Source: Symploca sp. SIO2E9 (GTDB lineage: Bacteria > Cyanobacteriota > Cyanobacteriia > Cyanobacteriales > Coleofasciculaceae). Taken from it: a stretch of DNA of 32,000 nucleotides. The notes below the pieces were generated by a model that was not told the origin of the DNA, searched no databases, and worked only from the letters and a program-made list of their open reading frames with translations. The stretch covers positions 15,553-47,552 of the forward strand of contig JAAHGS010000030.1 in assembly GCA_010692645.1 (NCBI GenBank), read 5' to 3'. The translations under genes and the position numbers were made by a program. Within the stretch, counting starts at the first letter, position 1. Each line of letters starts with the position of its first letter. Shown in pieces: positions 6,923 through 15,970 of the stretch.

Positions 6923-8983
6923 AGACTTACCACAGATATTTTTGTATTGAGATAGTAAATCATCAGCAACCTTCTCGAACGAGAAAAACTCAACTGCTCG
7001 TTTACGCCCAGCCTGCCCCAGAGATTTTCTTAACTCTTCGTCTGAAAAAAGTTGTATAATAGCTTCTGCTAAGGCATCAGCATCACTGCGTTCAACTAGT
7101 TTTCCTGTCTTACCATCTTCGACTAGTTCTGGAAAAGCACCACCGTGGGTAGCAATTACAGGAACACCTGCAACCATAGCTTCAGCAATAGGCATACCAA
7201 ATGCTTCGTGGCATATTGACGGGAAGATAAAAATGTCAGTCTGCTGGTAATATTTAGCCAAGTTTGAAGGTGGAACTAAACCAGCTAATGATAGTGGTTT
7301 AGGGACATTGTCACCAGCTTGACCATTCAACTGAGATAACTGTTTTTTCAGATAACTTATCCAAGTATCATCACGGTGGAATGAGACTAAATCTGCAACT
7401 TTGGGGTCATCACTCAATGCCACAAGGTATTCGTAGGGTATTACTCCTAAGGGACCTACTAGAGTAAGTTGTGTTTCTGGATATTGTGCAACTACTTTTT
7501 GAAAAGCTTCTAATAATACATGCACTCCTTTTTCTGGACAAACTCTGCCAACAAAAAGCAAGCGTTTGACATTATTTTTATTGGTTAGATTTTGACCAAG
7601 AAGAGAGGAATTAATAAAACGCTCAACATTCACGCCATTGGCAATAGCCTGACAGCGTTGAGCAAATTGAGGAAAACGCTGGCTAATAGCTTTTGTAATA
7701 TACTGACTAGGGCCGATAACTAAATCGACTTTACTGAGCCTTCCTTCAAGGCTTTTTTTGTCAAGTTGTGAGAGCCACTCACAATGCATGTGCAGGACTA
7801 TTTTTATGCCAGGATTAAAAGCTCGTATAACTGGAATAAACTGAGAGAAATTGTGAATATGAACAACGTCACATTGCTGCTTTCTCAAGTCATTTGCTAT
7901 CCTTAAAATATATCCTAGATAATATAAATTAGAACCAAAGATAGGGCGCTTAGTCTGGTCAAAGCCTGGAAACTTTTCCAGATACTTGAGCAATAACTTA
8001 TCTTGACTTATGGGGATATATCGATAATCCACTCCTTGATGAGAGACTTCCTTAAAGCTTTCTCCTGGTGTATAGACTATGACCTCGCAATCGGATGACA
8101 AAAGACTTACCAATTCGTAAGTCAAAATCCCAATTGAATCAGCGGGTTTAGGATAGCTTGTCATCACCATAGGCTGACCGATAAATGCTATCTTTAATCT
8201 GTCTGGAGAATCTGCTTTCTTTAACTTATTTTGCTGGCGATAAAGCTGGCTTAACTTATTGTGGATTAACTTATTGTAAACTTCCGCGTCGCTGGAATTG
8301 AGTTCTAGGGCTTGTTGATAGGAGTCGATCGCCTCTTCCAGCTTGCCTTGTTCTTGCAGTGCTAATCCTAAGTTATAATGTGCAAGGGCTAAGTCTGGCT
8401 GTAAAGCGATCGCCTGACGATAGTAAGTAATAGCATTCTTCAAATCCCCTGCTTTTTTCTGGCTAAGACCAAGATCATGGTTTAGTGCTGCGTAGTAGGG
8501 TTGTTTTTCTGGAGGGAGTTTCCCTAAGACATGGAGGGCGTTAGCCCAATTAACACTAATCTCAATAGAATCCGGCTTAACTTCGAGGGCTTTTTGATAG
8601 CAGGCGAGTGCCTCTTCCCAAAGCCCTTGTTGTTGTAATGTATAACCAAGGTTGTTGTGAACTGCTACCAACTTCGGTTGCATTGCTAAGACTCGATGGT
8701 AAGCTTCCACCGCTTCTGGCAATTGACCTTGAACTTGGCGCAAATTGCCTAGACTGAACCAAGCCTTGACAGAATTTGGCTGGACATAAAGGATCGCATT
8801 AAAAAACTTCTCTGCATTCTCGTATTGCCCTACCTGCTGTGCCAGCATTCCTAACCCGTGTAATGCCTCTGGATGCTTAGGCTGTATTTTCAGGATCTTA
8901 TCGTAAAACTGCTTAGCTTGGGGTAAACGATTAGCCCGATGATGTTGAACAGCAAGTTGAAGTGTTTCAGAAACGGTTACCAT
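6908..8983 (-). CDS. TPR-repeat protein fused to a GT4-family (Glycos_transf_1) glycosyltransferase
   Basis: The track start at 8989 is a TTG, and the ATG at 8983 gives MVTVSETLQLAVQHH. The N-terminal part is about 270 aa of TPR repeats. The C-terminal part has the GT-B motif EAFGMPIAEAMVAGVPVIATHGGAFPELVEDGKTGKLV. Confidence 0.85.
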   Translation of the reverse strand: MVTVSETLQLAVQHHRANRLPQAKQFYDKILKIQPKHPEALHGLGMLAQQVGQYENAEKFFNAILYVQPNSVKAWFSLGNLRQVQGQLPEAVEAYHRVLAMQPKLVAVHNNLGYTLQQQGLWEEALACYQKALEVKPDSIEISVNWANALHVLGKLPPEKQPYYAALNHDLGLSQKKAGDLKNAITYYRQAIALQPDLALAHYNLGLALQEQGKLEEAIDSYQQALELNSSDAEVYNKLIHNKLSQLYRQQNKLKKADSPDRLKIAFIGQPMVMTSYPKPADSIGILTYELVSLLSSDCEVIVYTPGESFKEVSHQGVDYRYIPISQDKLLLKYLEKFPGFDQTKRPIFGSNLYYLGYILRIANDLRKQQCDVVHIHNFSQFIPVIRAFNPGIKIVLHMHCEWLSQLDKKSLEGRLSKVDLVIGPSQYITKAISQRFPQFAQRCQAIANGVNVERFINSSLLGQNLTNKNNVKRLLFVGRVCPEKGVHVLLEAFQKVVAQYPETQLTLVGPLGVIPYEYLVALSDDPKVADLVSFHRDDTWISYLKKQLSQLNGQAGDNVPKPLSLAGLVPPSNLAKYYQQTDIFIFPSICHEAFGMPIAEAMVAGVPVIATHGGAFPELVEDGKTGKLVERSDADALAEAIIQLFSDEELRKSLGQAGRKRAVEFFSFEKVADDLLSQYKNICGKSVHGS

Positions 8984-9021
8984 CCTCAATCCTCATTGCT
9001 TAGAGACTGTATTGCTAATTT

Positions 9022-9067
9022 GTTCATTGCTCATTGTTCATAGTTCATAGTAATCAACCATGAACAA
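9022..9067. repeat. GTTCAT/ATGAAC short inverted repeats forming a hairpin in the intergenic gap
   Basis: GTTCAT occurs at 9022, 9036 and 9044. ttgttcat (9034-9041) pairs with atgaacaa (9060-9067). The hexamer is the same as in 6851-6922. Confidence 0.6.
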
Positions 9068-9163
9068 TCAACCATTAACCAATTGGCGGTTTGCTTTTCT
9101 CCCTAATCTTCCAGAGATGGGAACTACCGCCAATTCCTGTTACTCACAAACTGCCTATTCTGA

Positions 9164-12100
9164 TTATGGATAAGCGAAGTACAAATTATCTAGATGACTG
9201 CCATCGTCTGAGGATTTTGCCATCATTTTCTCGGCAATTGCATTCCGTAAGGGAGCCACTTGATCTGTGGTTAGCCAGGTGAATAACTCCGTCACTGCCT
9301 CTGGTGAACTATCGATTTTGACTGCTTCTTGAACCAGACGAAATGCAGCAGCAAGATTGCCAGCTTTTAGAGGAATTTGCGCTTGTGTTAGGCACAAATT
9401 AAAGTAATGGCGACGGGCTTTTGCCGTAATTTGTGTACGATGCTCAGCAGGAAGATAACTCTCTGAGATTTCAATTCCTTTGCGGTAGTATTCCCCCTGT
9501 ACCCCGGCTAGAAAAACTTCACTGGACATATTTTGGGAGTGCTGACGGTAACGGGCTAAAATTCCTGGCTCGAACCACCAATCATAAAAAGCAGCAATGC
9601 GTTTATAGAGTTCCCAGTCTGGTGTATATAGATTCCCTGGATCATAAACTCCCAATCGTTCATGAGCTACTCGACGAATTACAGTTGCACAGGGATTTAA
9701 GGGGTTTGAAACACCAATTCGCTGTAGCCATTCCTGATTGATGCCCTGTTGCATTCGAGCATGCTTTTGGGTGAAAGTTACCTGCCTGTTGTCATTAATA
9801 TTTTCATAACCTGTAAAAGCTGCTCCTACAGAATCTGGACATCCCTCTAGACTCTGTTGTAATCGAGAATAAAAACCTGGGAGGACATATTCATCCTCAG
9901 GGAGCAGGTGAATCCACTTACCACGACTGAGGGCAATTCCCAGATTAAAATTACGCCTAGCTCCAATATTTTCTGGATTTAGATAATAGCGGACTATTCC
10001 ACCACCAATGGCATTAACTAAATTATATAGAGGTGGATTACTGGCATTATCCATAACCAGAATTTCCATCTCTTCTTTACCTTGCCACTGAGCCAGCACG
10101 CTGGCAAGACATTCCAGAAGATAGTATTTCCGATTGTACAAGGGAATAATTACTGTCCAAAAAGGTCGTTTCTCCTCACTCTCTGCAACAGGAGGAATTA
10201 CTGGAAACTGATAGTTACCAACAGTGACTTCCTCTAGTTGTAGCTGCGGAGGTTTGTGTTCTTCTGTAGGAGTAGTAGAACCCTGGTATGCTTCGACGGC
10301 TTCAGCATAGCGAGGATTGATTAGCTTTAATCCCTGCCTATAAGCGGCAGCAGCTTCTTCTAATTTGTGCTGTATTTGGTAAATCTGTCCCAAGCCCAAA
10401 TAAAATTCCCCGTAGTTGGGATTGAGTTCCAAGGCTTGGTGATAGCAAGTGATGGCTTCTTCTAAATTTCCTTGTGTTTGTAGGGCTACCCCCAAGTTAT
10501 AGTGAGCTTCCCATAAGTCTCGCTGTAGGGTAATTGCCTCCCGATAGTATGCCACAGCATTGTTCATATCCCCAGCTTGTTTCCGGGCAAAGCCTAATTT
10601 GTTATTTAATTGTCCATAGTGTGCTTGTTTATCTGTGGAGAGTTTTCCTTGGGCGTGAAGGGCATTGCCCCAATTCACGTCGGCTTCAACGCAGTTAGGC
10701 TCAAGTTCCAGGGCTTTTTGATAGCAAGCGATCGCTTCTTCAAACTTACCTTGCTGTTGTAGAGTGTAACCGAGGTTGTTATAAATTGGTGCTGATTTTG
10801 GTTGCAGGGCAATAGCTTGCTGATAAGCCGCTTCTGCTTCTGGTAATTGAGCTTGAGCTTGATGCAAATTGCCTAAACTAAACCAACTCTTGAAAGATTC
10901 TGGCTGAACCTTAAGGGCTTTATTCAGTAACTTCTCAGCTTCTTGGGGTTGATTATTCTGCTGCGCTAGTACACCTAAACCATGTAAAGCTTCCGGGTGA
11001 TTAGGCTCTTGTGCGAGAACTTTCTGGTAATCCTGCGCAGCTTTGGCTAAATGATTGGCTCTATGGTTTTGAACAGCAAGCTTGAGAGTTTGAGAAACTT
11101 GAGAAACTTTTGCCATATCAAATTCCCTTTTTTCTTGATGCCGAAAGCTTTGATTTAATCTGTTCCTAACCGATACATCTTGTTGAGCAACTGTATTCAA
11201 GATAAAATCCTCTAAGGCTGTAATCGGTTCTTGGTCTCCGTATAATTTATGTTTATTCTGGGCTACTAGACTGGATATGTGTTGACGATATTGAGGATCT
11301 TTCCCTAAACGGACAGCAATCTTCACATATTCATCCTTACTAGAAGCAATTGTCTCCTCAATACCCATCATTTTGAGAATGGCAACCGCATGTCTTGCCC
11401 GCATCAACTCTCCTGGATAGGTAACAATTGGCAGGTTATGGGCAGTAGATTCCATAATCGTGTTGTTTCCAGACCAACCAATATTATCGAGGAAAACATC
11501 AGCAATAGCAGTTACTCCAGCAAATTTTCTACCCTTTAGGCGAGGCACAAAGATGCAATAGTCTTGATAATTAAGTCCAAATTCCTCAAAAGCACGACTT
11601 AAACGCTGTTGAAATACTTCAGTTACTTTGTCACTGGCATCCATAAGATGCTTAATAAAAACAAATTTACAGTTTATTAATTCCTTAGCAATCCTTGGAA
11701 AAATATCATCATGTTGAGGTAAATACTTAAACAATGATTGGCAGCACCAGAACATAACTTCATGCTCAGCAATGCCGATTTCCTGTTTACTAATTGCTTG
11801 GGTTTGGATATTTAAAAAGGTGTAATAAATTGCTAAATTTGGTAATCTGACTAACTTCTCAGTGTAATGTTCTTGAGCATTATCTGGTTCCATTAAATCA
11901 CTACTTAAGTGATAATCAATGGTTGGTAGACCACTGGTTTCTGGATGTCCTCCAAATACTACTTGCACAGGAGCTAATCTTAAACATCCCAGCTTAATTG
12001 TGATCGGATCCATCCCAAATTCAGGAAAAATTAGGATGTGTAGATTATCTCGCCGAATAACCTCACACCATTTTTCTATACTTAACGGACCTTGAATAAA

Positions 12101-13363
12101 TTTGCTAACAGCTTGAGTTGCTCTTGCTGTGGCATCATCCTGTTTGGAACCTGTATAATACCCAAATACTTCAAACAGATTTCTATTCAGGTTTTCTAAC
12201 CAACCTTTAATTGGTATTTTCCAAACGGAATGGTTGTTAAAAAAACCAGAAATAAAGCCCACACGAATTTTTTCGTTCGCCGCTAAATCCGGAATTGAAA
12301 TTGGCTGGCTCCATTGAGGATAGCGGCTCGACATTAGCCGACAAATCATCTCCCCATAAGTTTGCTGCAAATCTCGGTCATTTAGACCTTGATATGCTAG
12401 ATAAAATGGCTGAAGAGAGCCAACGGCATCAGCTGCATTTGCCAGTTCTTTTTGATTCTCAAGTTTATAACTATCAGCTAAAGCTTGTAGATGCTGCTGG
12501 TAATTATTCCGCATTAATAAGATTTCGTCAGCACTTGAATAGATAGTAGGAAGTTGACTCATACAAATGCCAAATTTGGCTTCATTGAAGTTAGGCTTAA
12601 GCTTTAAGGCTTGCTGGTAAGATTGTATGGCTTCCTCTAACTTTCCCTGTCTCTTGAGCGCATTTCCTAAATTGTAATAAACCTCAACACAGTCAGGGTT
12701 TAACCTTAATGATTGACGGTAAGCTTGTACTGCTTCCTCTATTTTTTTTTGTTCCTTGAATGCCTTGCCTAAATTATTATAAACTTCAGCAAAGTCAGGA
12801 TTGAGTCTTAAGGCTTGCTGGTAAGACTGTATGGCTTCCTCTAACTTTCCCTGTTCGTGAAGAAGATTTCCTAAATTGTTATAAGCATGAGCATAGTTAG
12901 GGTTGAGCCTTATTGCTTGTTGGTAAGCTTGTACAGCTTCCTCTAACTTTCCCTGTGCTTTGAGTACGTTTGCTAAATTGTTATGAGCCTGAACATAGCT
13001 AGGATTGACCCTTATTGCTTGCTGGTAGGACTTAACAGCTTGCTCTAATTTTATCTGTTGTTGGAATGCATTTCCCAAGTTGTAATGAGCTTCAACAAAA
13101 TCAGATTTGATCTTGATAGCTTGCTGGTAAGATTGTACTGCTTCCTCTAACTTTCCCTGCTTCTGGAGGAGATTGCCTAAGTCAGTAATTATCAGGTGAT
13201 ATATGTTACTTAGGAAATCTTGTTCTACTGCACTAGTAGACTGAGTTTCTAATACCTGTCTGTATATAGATTCAGCCTCATGCAATTCGCCTAATTTATG
13301 TTTCTGGGATGCAGTCTCAATTAGAGATTTAATATTTGGTTCTAAAAAGTTTTTGGTATTCAT
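9164..13363 (-). CDS. Multidomain glycosyltransferase: TPR array - GT41 (SPY/O-GlcNAc-transferase-like) domain - second TPR array - GT2 domain
   Basis: The track start at 13417 is a TTG that overlaps a hairpin. The ATG at 13363 gives MNTKNFLEP. The N-terminal TPRs carry repeated ...AHxNLGNxxxxQGKLEEAxxxYQQAxxLxP units. The central region has the GT41-like motifs IRVGFISGFFNNHSVWK, VVFGGHPETSGLPTIDYHLSSD and HYTEKLVRLPN. A second TPR block starts at the internal MAKVSQVSQTLKLAV (ATG at 11116). The C-terminal GT2 domain has WTVIIPLYNRKYYLLECLASVLAQ...ILVMDNAS...LLPEDEY. Confidence 0.85.
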   Translation of the reverse strand: MNTKNFLEPNIKSLIETASQKHKLGELHEAESIYRQVLETQSTSAVEQDFLSNIYHLIITDLGNLLQKQGKLEEAVQSYQQAIKIKSDFVEAHYNLGNAFQQQIKLEQAVKSYQQAIRVNPSYVQAHNNLANVLKAQGKLEEAVQAYQQAIRLNPNYAHAYNNLGNLLHEQGKLEEAIQSYQQALRLNPDFAEVYNNLGKAFKEQKKIEEAVQAYRQSLRLNPDCVEVYYNLGNALKRQGKLEEAIQSYQQALKLKPNFNEAKFGICMSQLPTIYSSADEILLMRNNYQQHLQALADSYKLENQKELANAADAVGSLQPFYLAYQGLNDRDLQQTYGEMICRLMSSRYPQWSQPISIPDLAANEKIRVGFISGFFNNHSVWKIPIKGWLENLNRNLFEVFGYYTGSKQDDATARATQAVSKFIQGPLSIEKWCEVIRRDNLHILIFPEFGMDPITIKLGCLRLAPVQVVFGGHPETSGLPTIDYHLSSDLMEPDNAQEHYTEKLVRLPNLAIYYTFLNIQTQAISKQEIGIAEHEVMFWCCQSLFKYLPQHDDIFPRIAKELINCKFVFIKHLMDASDKVTEVFQQRLSRAFEEFGLNYQDYCIFVPRLKGRKFAGVTAIADVFLDNIGWSGNNTIMESTAHNLPIVTYPGELMRARHAVAILKMMGIEETIASSKDEYVKIAVRLGKDPQYRQHISSLVAQNKHKLYGDQEPITALEDFILNTVAQQDVSVRNRLNQSFRHQEKREFDMAKVSQVSQTLKLAVQNHRANHLAKAAQDYQKVLAQEPNHPEALHGLGVLAQQNNQPQEAEKLLNKALKVQPESFKSWFSLGNLHQAQAQLPEAEAAYQQAIALQPKSAPIYNNLGYTLQQQGKFEEAIACYQKALELEPNCVEADVNWGNALHAQGKLSTDKQAHYGQLNNKLGFARKQAGDMNNAVAYYREAITLQRDLWEAHYNLGVALQTQGNLEEAITCYHQALELNPNYGEFYLGLGQIYQIQHKLEEAAAAYRQGLKLINPRYAEAVEAYQGSTTPTEEHKPPQLQLEEVTVGNYQFPVIPPVAESEEKRPFWTVIIPLYNRKYYLLECLASVLAQWQGKEEMEILVMDNASNPPLYNLVNAIGGGIVRYYLNPENIGARRNFNLGIALSRGKWIHLLPEDEYVLPGFYSRLQQSLEGCPDSVGAAFTGYENINDNRQVTFTQKHARMQQGINQEWLQRIGVSNPLNPCATVIRRVAHERLGVYDPGNLYTPDWELYKRIAAFYDWWFEPGILARYRQHSQNMSSEVFLAGVQGEYYRKGIEISESYLPAEHRTQITAKARRHYFNLCLTQAQIPLKAGNLAAAFRLVQEAVKIDSSPEAVTELFTWLTTDQVAPLRNAIAEKMMAKSSDDGSHLDNLYFAYP

Positions 13364-13415
13364 TTTTAGAAAACGCACTTTTTTTGCGGCGGTATAAATT
13401 TTGAAGAGTAAAGGC

Positions 13416-13434
13416 AAAGGAGAGTCTCTCCTTT
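13416..13434 (-). terminator. Short inverted repeat aaaggagag-t-ctctccttt downstream of the HetP-family gene; weak terminator candidate
   Basis: Nine-bp arms separated by 1 nt, located between the HetP-family stop (13501) and the next gene's ATG (13363). No clear U-tract follows. Confidence 0.3.
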
Positions 13435-13500
13435 AACCTTTTCCCTCACTCTTAATGAATAATGAACAAGATACCTTACTTGAACAAGGAAGACAGCCAA

Positions 13501-13950
13501 TTACCAGATAGAAGTTGAAGTTTGTTGATTGATATAAGTTACTGACTGACATGGAATTGACTGGCATTCTTCCAGTTCGTGGTTAAAGTAATGCTCCTGA
13601 TAACCACCTTGTACTTTTGGGGCTTTATCCCTAAGTACCTCACAATATTTAAGGTCATCAATTTTGCTTAAAAGCTGGTTGGAAACTTTGTTGTTATAAC
13701 CCTTTTCTGTTTGCTGTTGATGTGCTTTGATACTATCCGATTTCTTCCTTCGTGATTTGCCATTTTGGCAGTTTTCTTTATTCAACCGACTATAGGTGCG
13801 GTAGGGAATATAGTGGAGGGGGTTGTAGCCAGCAAAACGTAGGATCAAAACACAAGCCCAGGAATATTTGCCATCAAGAATTGCTTCTACAATCTGGTTA
13901 AACTGTTCAGAACTTAAACCTTTGTCAAATTGATTGTTGCTATAAATCAT
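13501..13950 (-). CDS. HetP-family (heterocyst commitment protein-like) protein
   Basis: A 149-aa ORF with an ATG start. The N-terminal block [40 protein letters not shown] matches my recollection of the conserved HetP N-domain. The C-terminal half is low-complexity and basic. Whether this is the orthologue or a paralogue of hetP cannot be decided here. Confidence 0.65.
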   Translation of the reverse strand: MIYSNNQFDKGLSSEQFNQIVEAILDGKYSWACVLILRFAGYNPLHYIPYRTYSRLNKENCQNGKSRRKKSDSIKAHQQQTEKGYNNKVSNQLLSKIDDLKYCEVLRDKAPKVQGGYQEHYFNHELEECQSIPCQSVTYINQQTSTSIW

Positions 13951-13988
13951 TGTAATCGCCCTCTTAATCTGAATTTAAATTGGGAGTA

Positions 13989-15683
13989 TTAAATGTTCAT
14001 GCCGCCCTCTTGCAGCTTTTTGAAAGGTTCTAACAAAAAGTCTGCAATTCGACGGCGGCGGATAATAATATCAGCGCTGGCTGTTTGACCAGCCTTAAAC
14101 TCGATAGTTTCTTCATTGTCAGTTACATAGTTACGTTCTAACTCCACTTCCACTCGGTAGACTGCACCCATTTGTGGATCTGGCTTAGCATCAGGGGATA
14201 CCGAAGTAACTTTCCCTGAAACAATGCCGTACTCCTGATAAGGGTAAGCATCGAATTTGACCTGAGCTTTCATGCCCATCTTGATAAAGCCTGCCTCACG
14301 GTTGGGTAAACTTGCTGAGAGAACCAGTGGCGCACTATCCGGGGCAATTTCAGCAATAGTTTGGCTCGGTTGAACCACTTCACCGATATTGGCAAAGTTG
14401 AAGGATGAGACAATTCCATCAACCGGTGCATAGAGAAACTTCTTTTTTAGCCTTGCCTTAGCACTTGTAAGCAGATTTTTGTTGTTGGCAATTTTAGCTT
14501 TGAGTTGGGTCATTTCTAATTCGAGTTCCCCCAGTTCCTGCTGAAAATCGATCTGAATCCTGTTTTCTTCAGTTTGCTTCTGGCTTAACACTGCCTGGAG
14601 TCGGTCGATTTCTGCCAGAGTCTGCTGCAATTCACCCTGGTTTTGACTAATAAGCACAGAACGATCTCGCAGACTTTGCTGGGCTTGAAATATCCTTTCG
14701 GTGGTGTGGGTTTCCTCTTGCAATTGGCTTTGGGTGATGGCACTCTGGCTCGCACGGAGGTTTTGTTCAGCTTGAAACACTAGTTCCCTGGAGATAGCAC
14801 CATCTGCCAACAGTGGTTGCAACCGCTGAAGTCGTTCTTGTTGAGCATTAACATCAGCCCGCCGTTGACCAACTAGTTCTTGAGCCTTGAGGGCCAGAGG
14901 TTTCATCCTTTCTAGTCTTTCCCGCTCAACAGATAACCAAGCTTGATCTTGAGCCAGCCGCTGTTTAATCACAGCTGCTTTAGATTTCGCCTGAGCAATT
15001 GCCGCTTTTTGAGCTTGAGTGTCTGCCTTGGCAATTTGGTCACGACTTTGAGCTTCCAGACGAATTTGCTCAGCCAAAGCCACTTTTTGAGTCAATTCCA
15101 CTTGCTCTCCACTGAGTAGTTGCTCCAGACGTTCTACTTCAGCAGCAACCAGCTCTGTATCTAATTCCACTAATTCTTGCCCTGCTTTAACCGATTGACC
15201 TTCTTCAACATGAATTTTGGCAATCTTGTCTAGTTCAAGGGCATGAACTTTATACACTTGTCCTTTTGGTACTAATTTGCCTTGGGCAATACCTACTTCG
15301 TCAATCTGACCAAAGGTTGCCCAAGTACCAAATGTCACCAAGAAAACCAATCCTCCCAAGAGCATCTTCTGGGGCAGGGTTGCAGAGGGTTGGTCCAGCA
15401 GTGTTTGTAAGGAGGTTGACCAGTTGCTAGTATTGGTGGCTGCTGCCGGCGATGCAATTGTTAAGAGATCCTGTTTATTTACATTTAATTGCTTAATTTG
15501 TTGGTATGTTGCTGATGTACCTCCAGAGATAGATTCACTCTGGGAAGATGCATCATATAATCCTCGATCATCACGTTCTCTGGTTAGAGCAGATTTAAAG
15601 CTCGCTTCAGAGTTCGTGACCAAGTTAACACTTGGTTGACTTGAAGACTCTGTAAGAGGAGTCGATTCTGTTGATTTGTCCAT
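13989..15683 (-). CDS. HlyD-family membrane-fusion / periplasmic adaptor protein of a type I (ABC) exporter
   Basis: A 564-aa ORF with one TM segment (LLGGLVFLVTFGTWATF) and the lipoyl-like motifs HVEEGQSVKAGQELVELD and APVDGIVSSFNFANIGEVVQP. Between them is a very long Q/E/A/L-rich coiled coil. The C-terminal part is a beta-barrel region. Confidence 0.9.
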   Translation of the reverse strand: MDKSTESTPLTESSSQPSVNLVTNSEASFKSALTRERDDRGLYDASSQSESISGGTSATYQQIKQLNVNKQDLLTIASPAAATNTSNWSTSLQTLLDQPSATLPQKMLLGGLVFLVTFGTWATFGQIDEVGIAQGKLVPKGQVYKVHALELDKIAKIHVEEGQSVKAGQELVELDTELVAAEVERLEQLLSGEQVELTQKVALAEQIRLEAQSRDQIAKADTQAQKAAIAQAKSKAAVIKQRLAQDQAWLSVERERLERMKPLALKAQELVGQRRADVNAQQERLQRLQPLLADGAISRELVFQAEQNLRASQSAITQSQLQEETHTTERIFQAQQSLRDRSVLISQNQGELQQTLAEIDRLQAVLSQKQTEENRIQIDFQQELGELELEMTQLKAKIANNKNLLTSAKARLKKKFLYAPVDGIVSSFNFANIGEVVQPSQTIAEIAPDSAPLVLSASLPNREAGFIKMGMKAQVKFDAYPYQEYGIVSGKVTSVSPDAKPDPQMGAVYRVEVELERNYVTDNEETIEFKAGQTASADIIIRRRRIADFLLEPFKKLQEGGMNI

Positions 15684-15835
15684 AGTCGTGACTTGCCATT
15701 AACAGATTCGATAAATTGTGTAGACATCCTGAAAGTGTTTGCTTGCTGGTGAGGAGATGCTTTCTTAACTCCTCAACAACTACAAATCAAAGTTTTAGGG
15801 TGTTTTGTGAAAATGATCAAGCTGGGTGCGTCTAT

Positions 15836-15872
15836 AGAGTGTTGGGAGAATGACCGTTCTCTTCAACACTCT
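15836..15872 (-). other. Imperfect long hairpin in the 287-bp spacer between the ABC exporter and HlyD genes
   Basis: agagtgttg (15836-15844) pairs with caacactct (15864-15872). An inner stem pairs gagaa (15846-15850) with ttctc (15857-15861). Confidence 0.3.
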
Positions 15873-15970
15873 GCACTTTGGCCTGATTTTACATGTAGAT
15901 AGAGGTCTTGTCTGAGCATATCTACCTAACCATGAAAGTAAAAGTCTTTCCTCCTTAAACATAAAACTAT

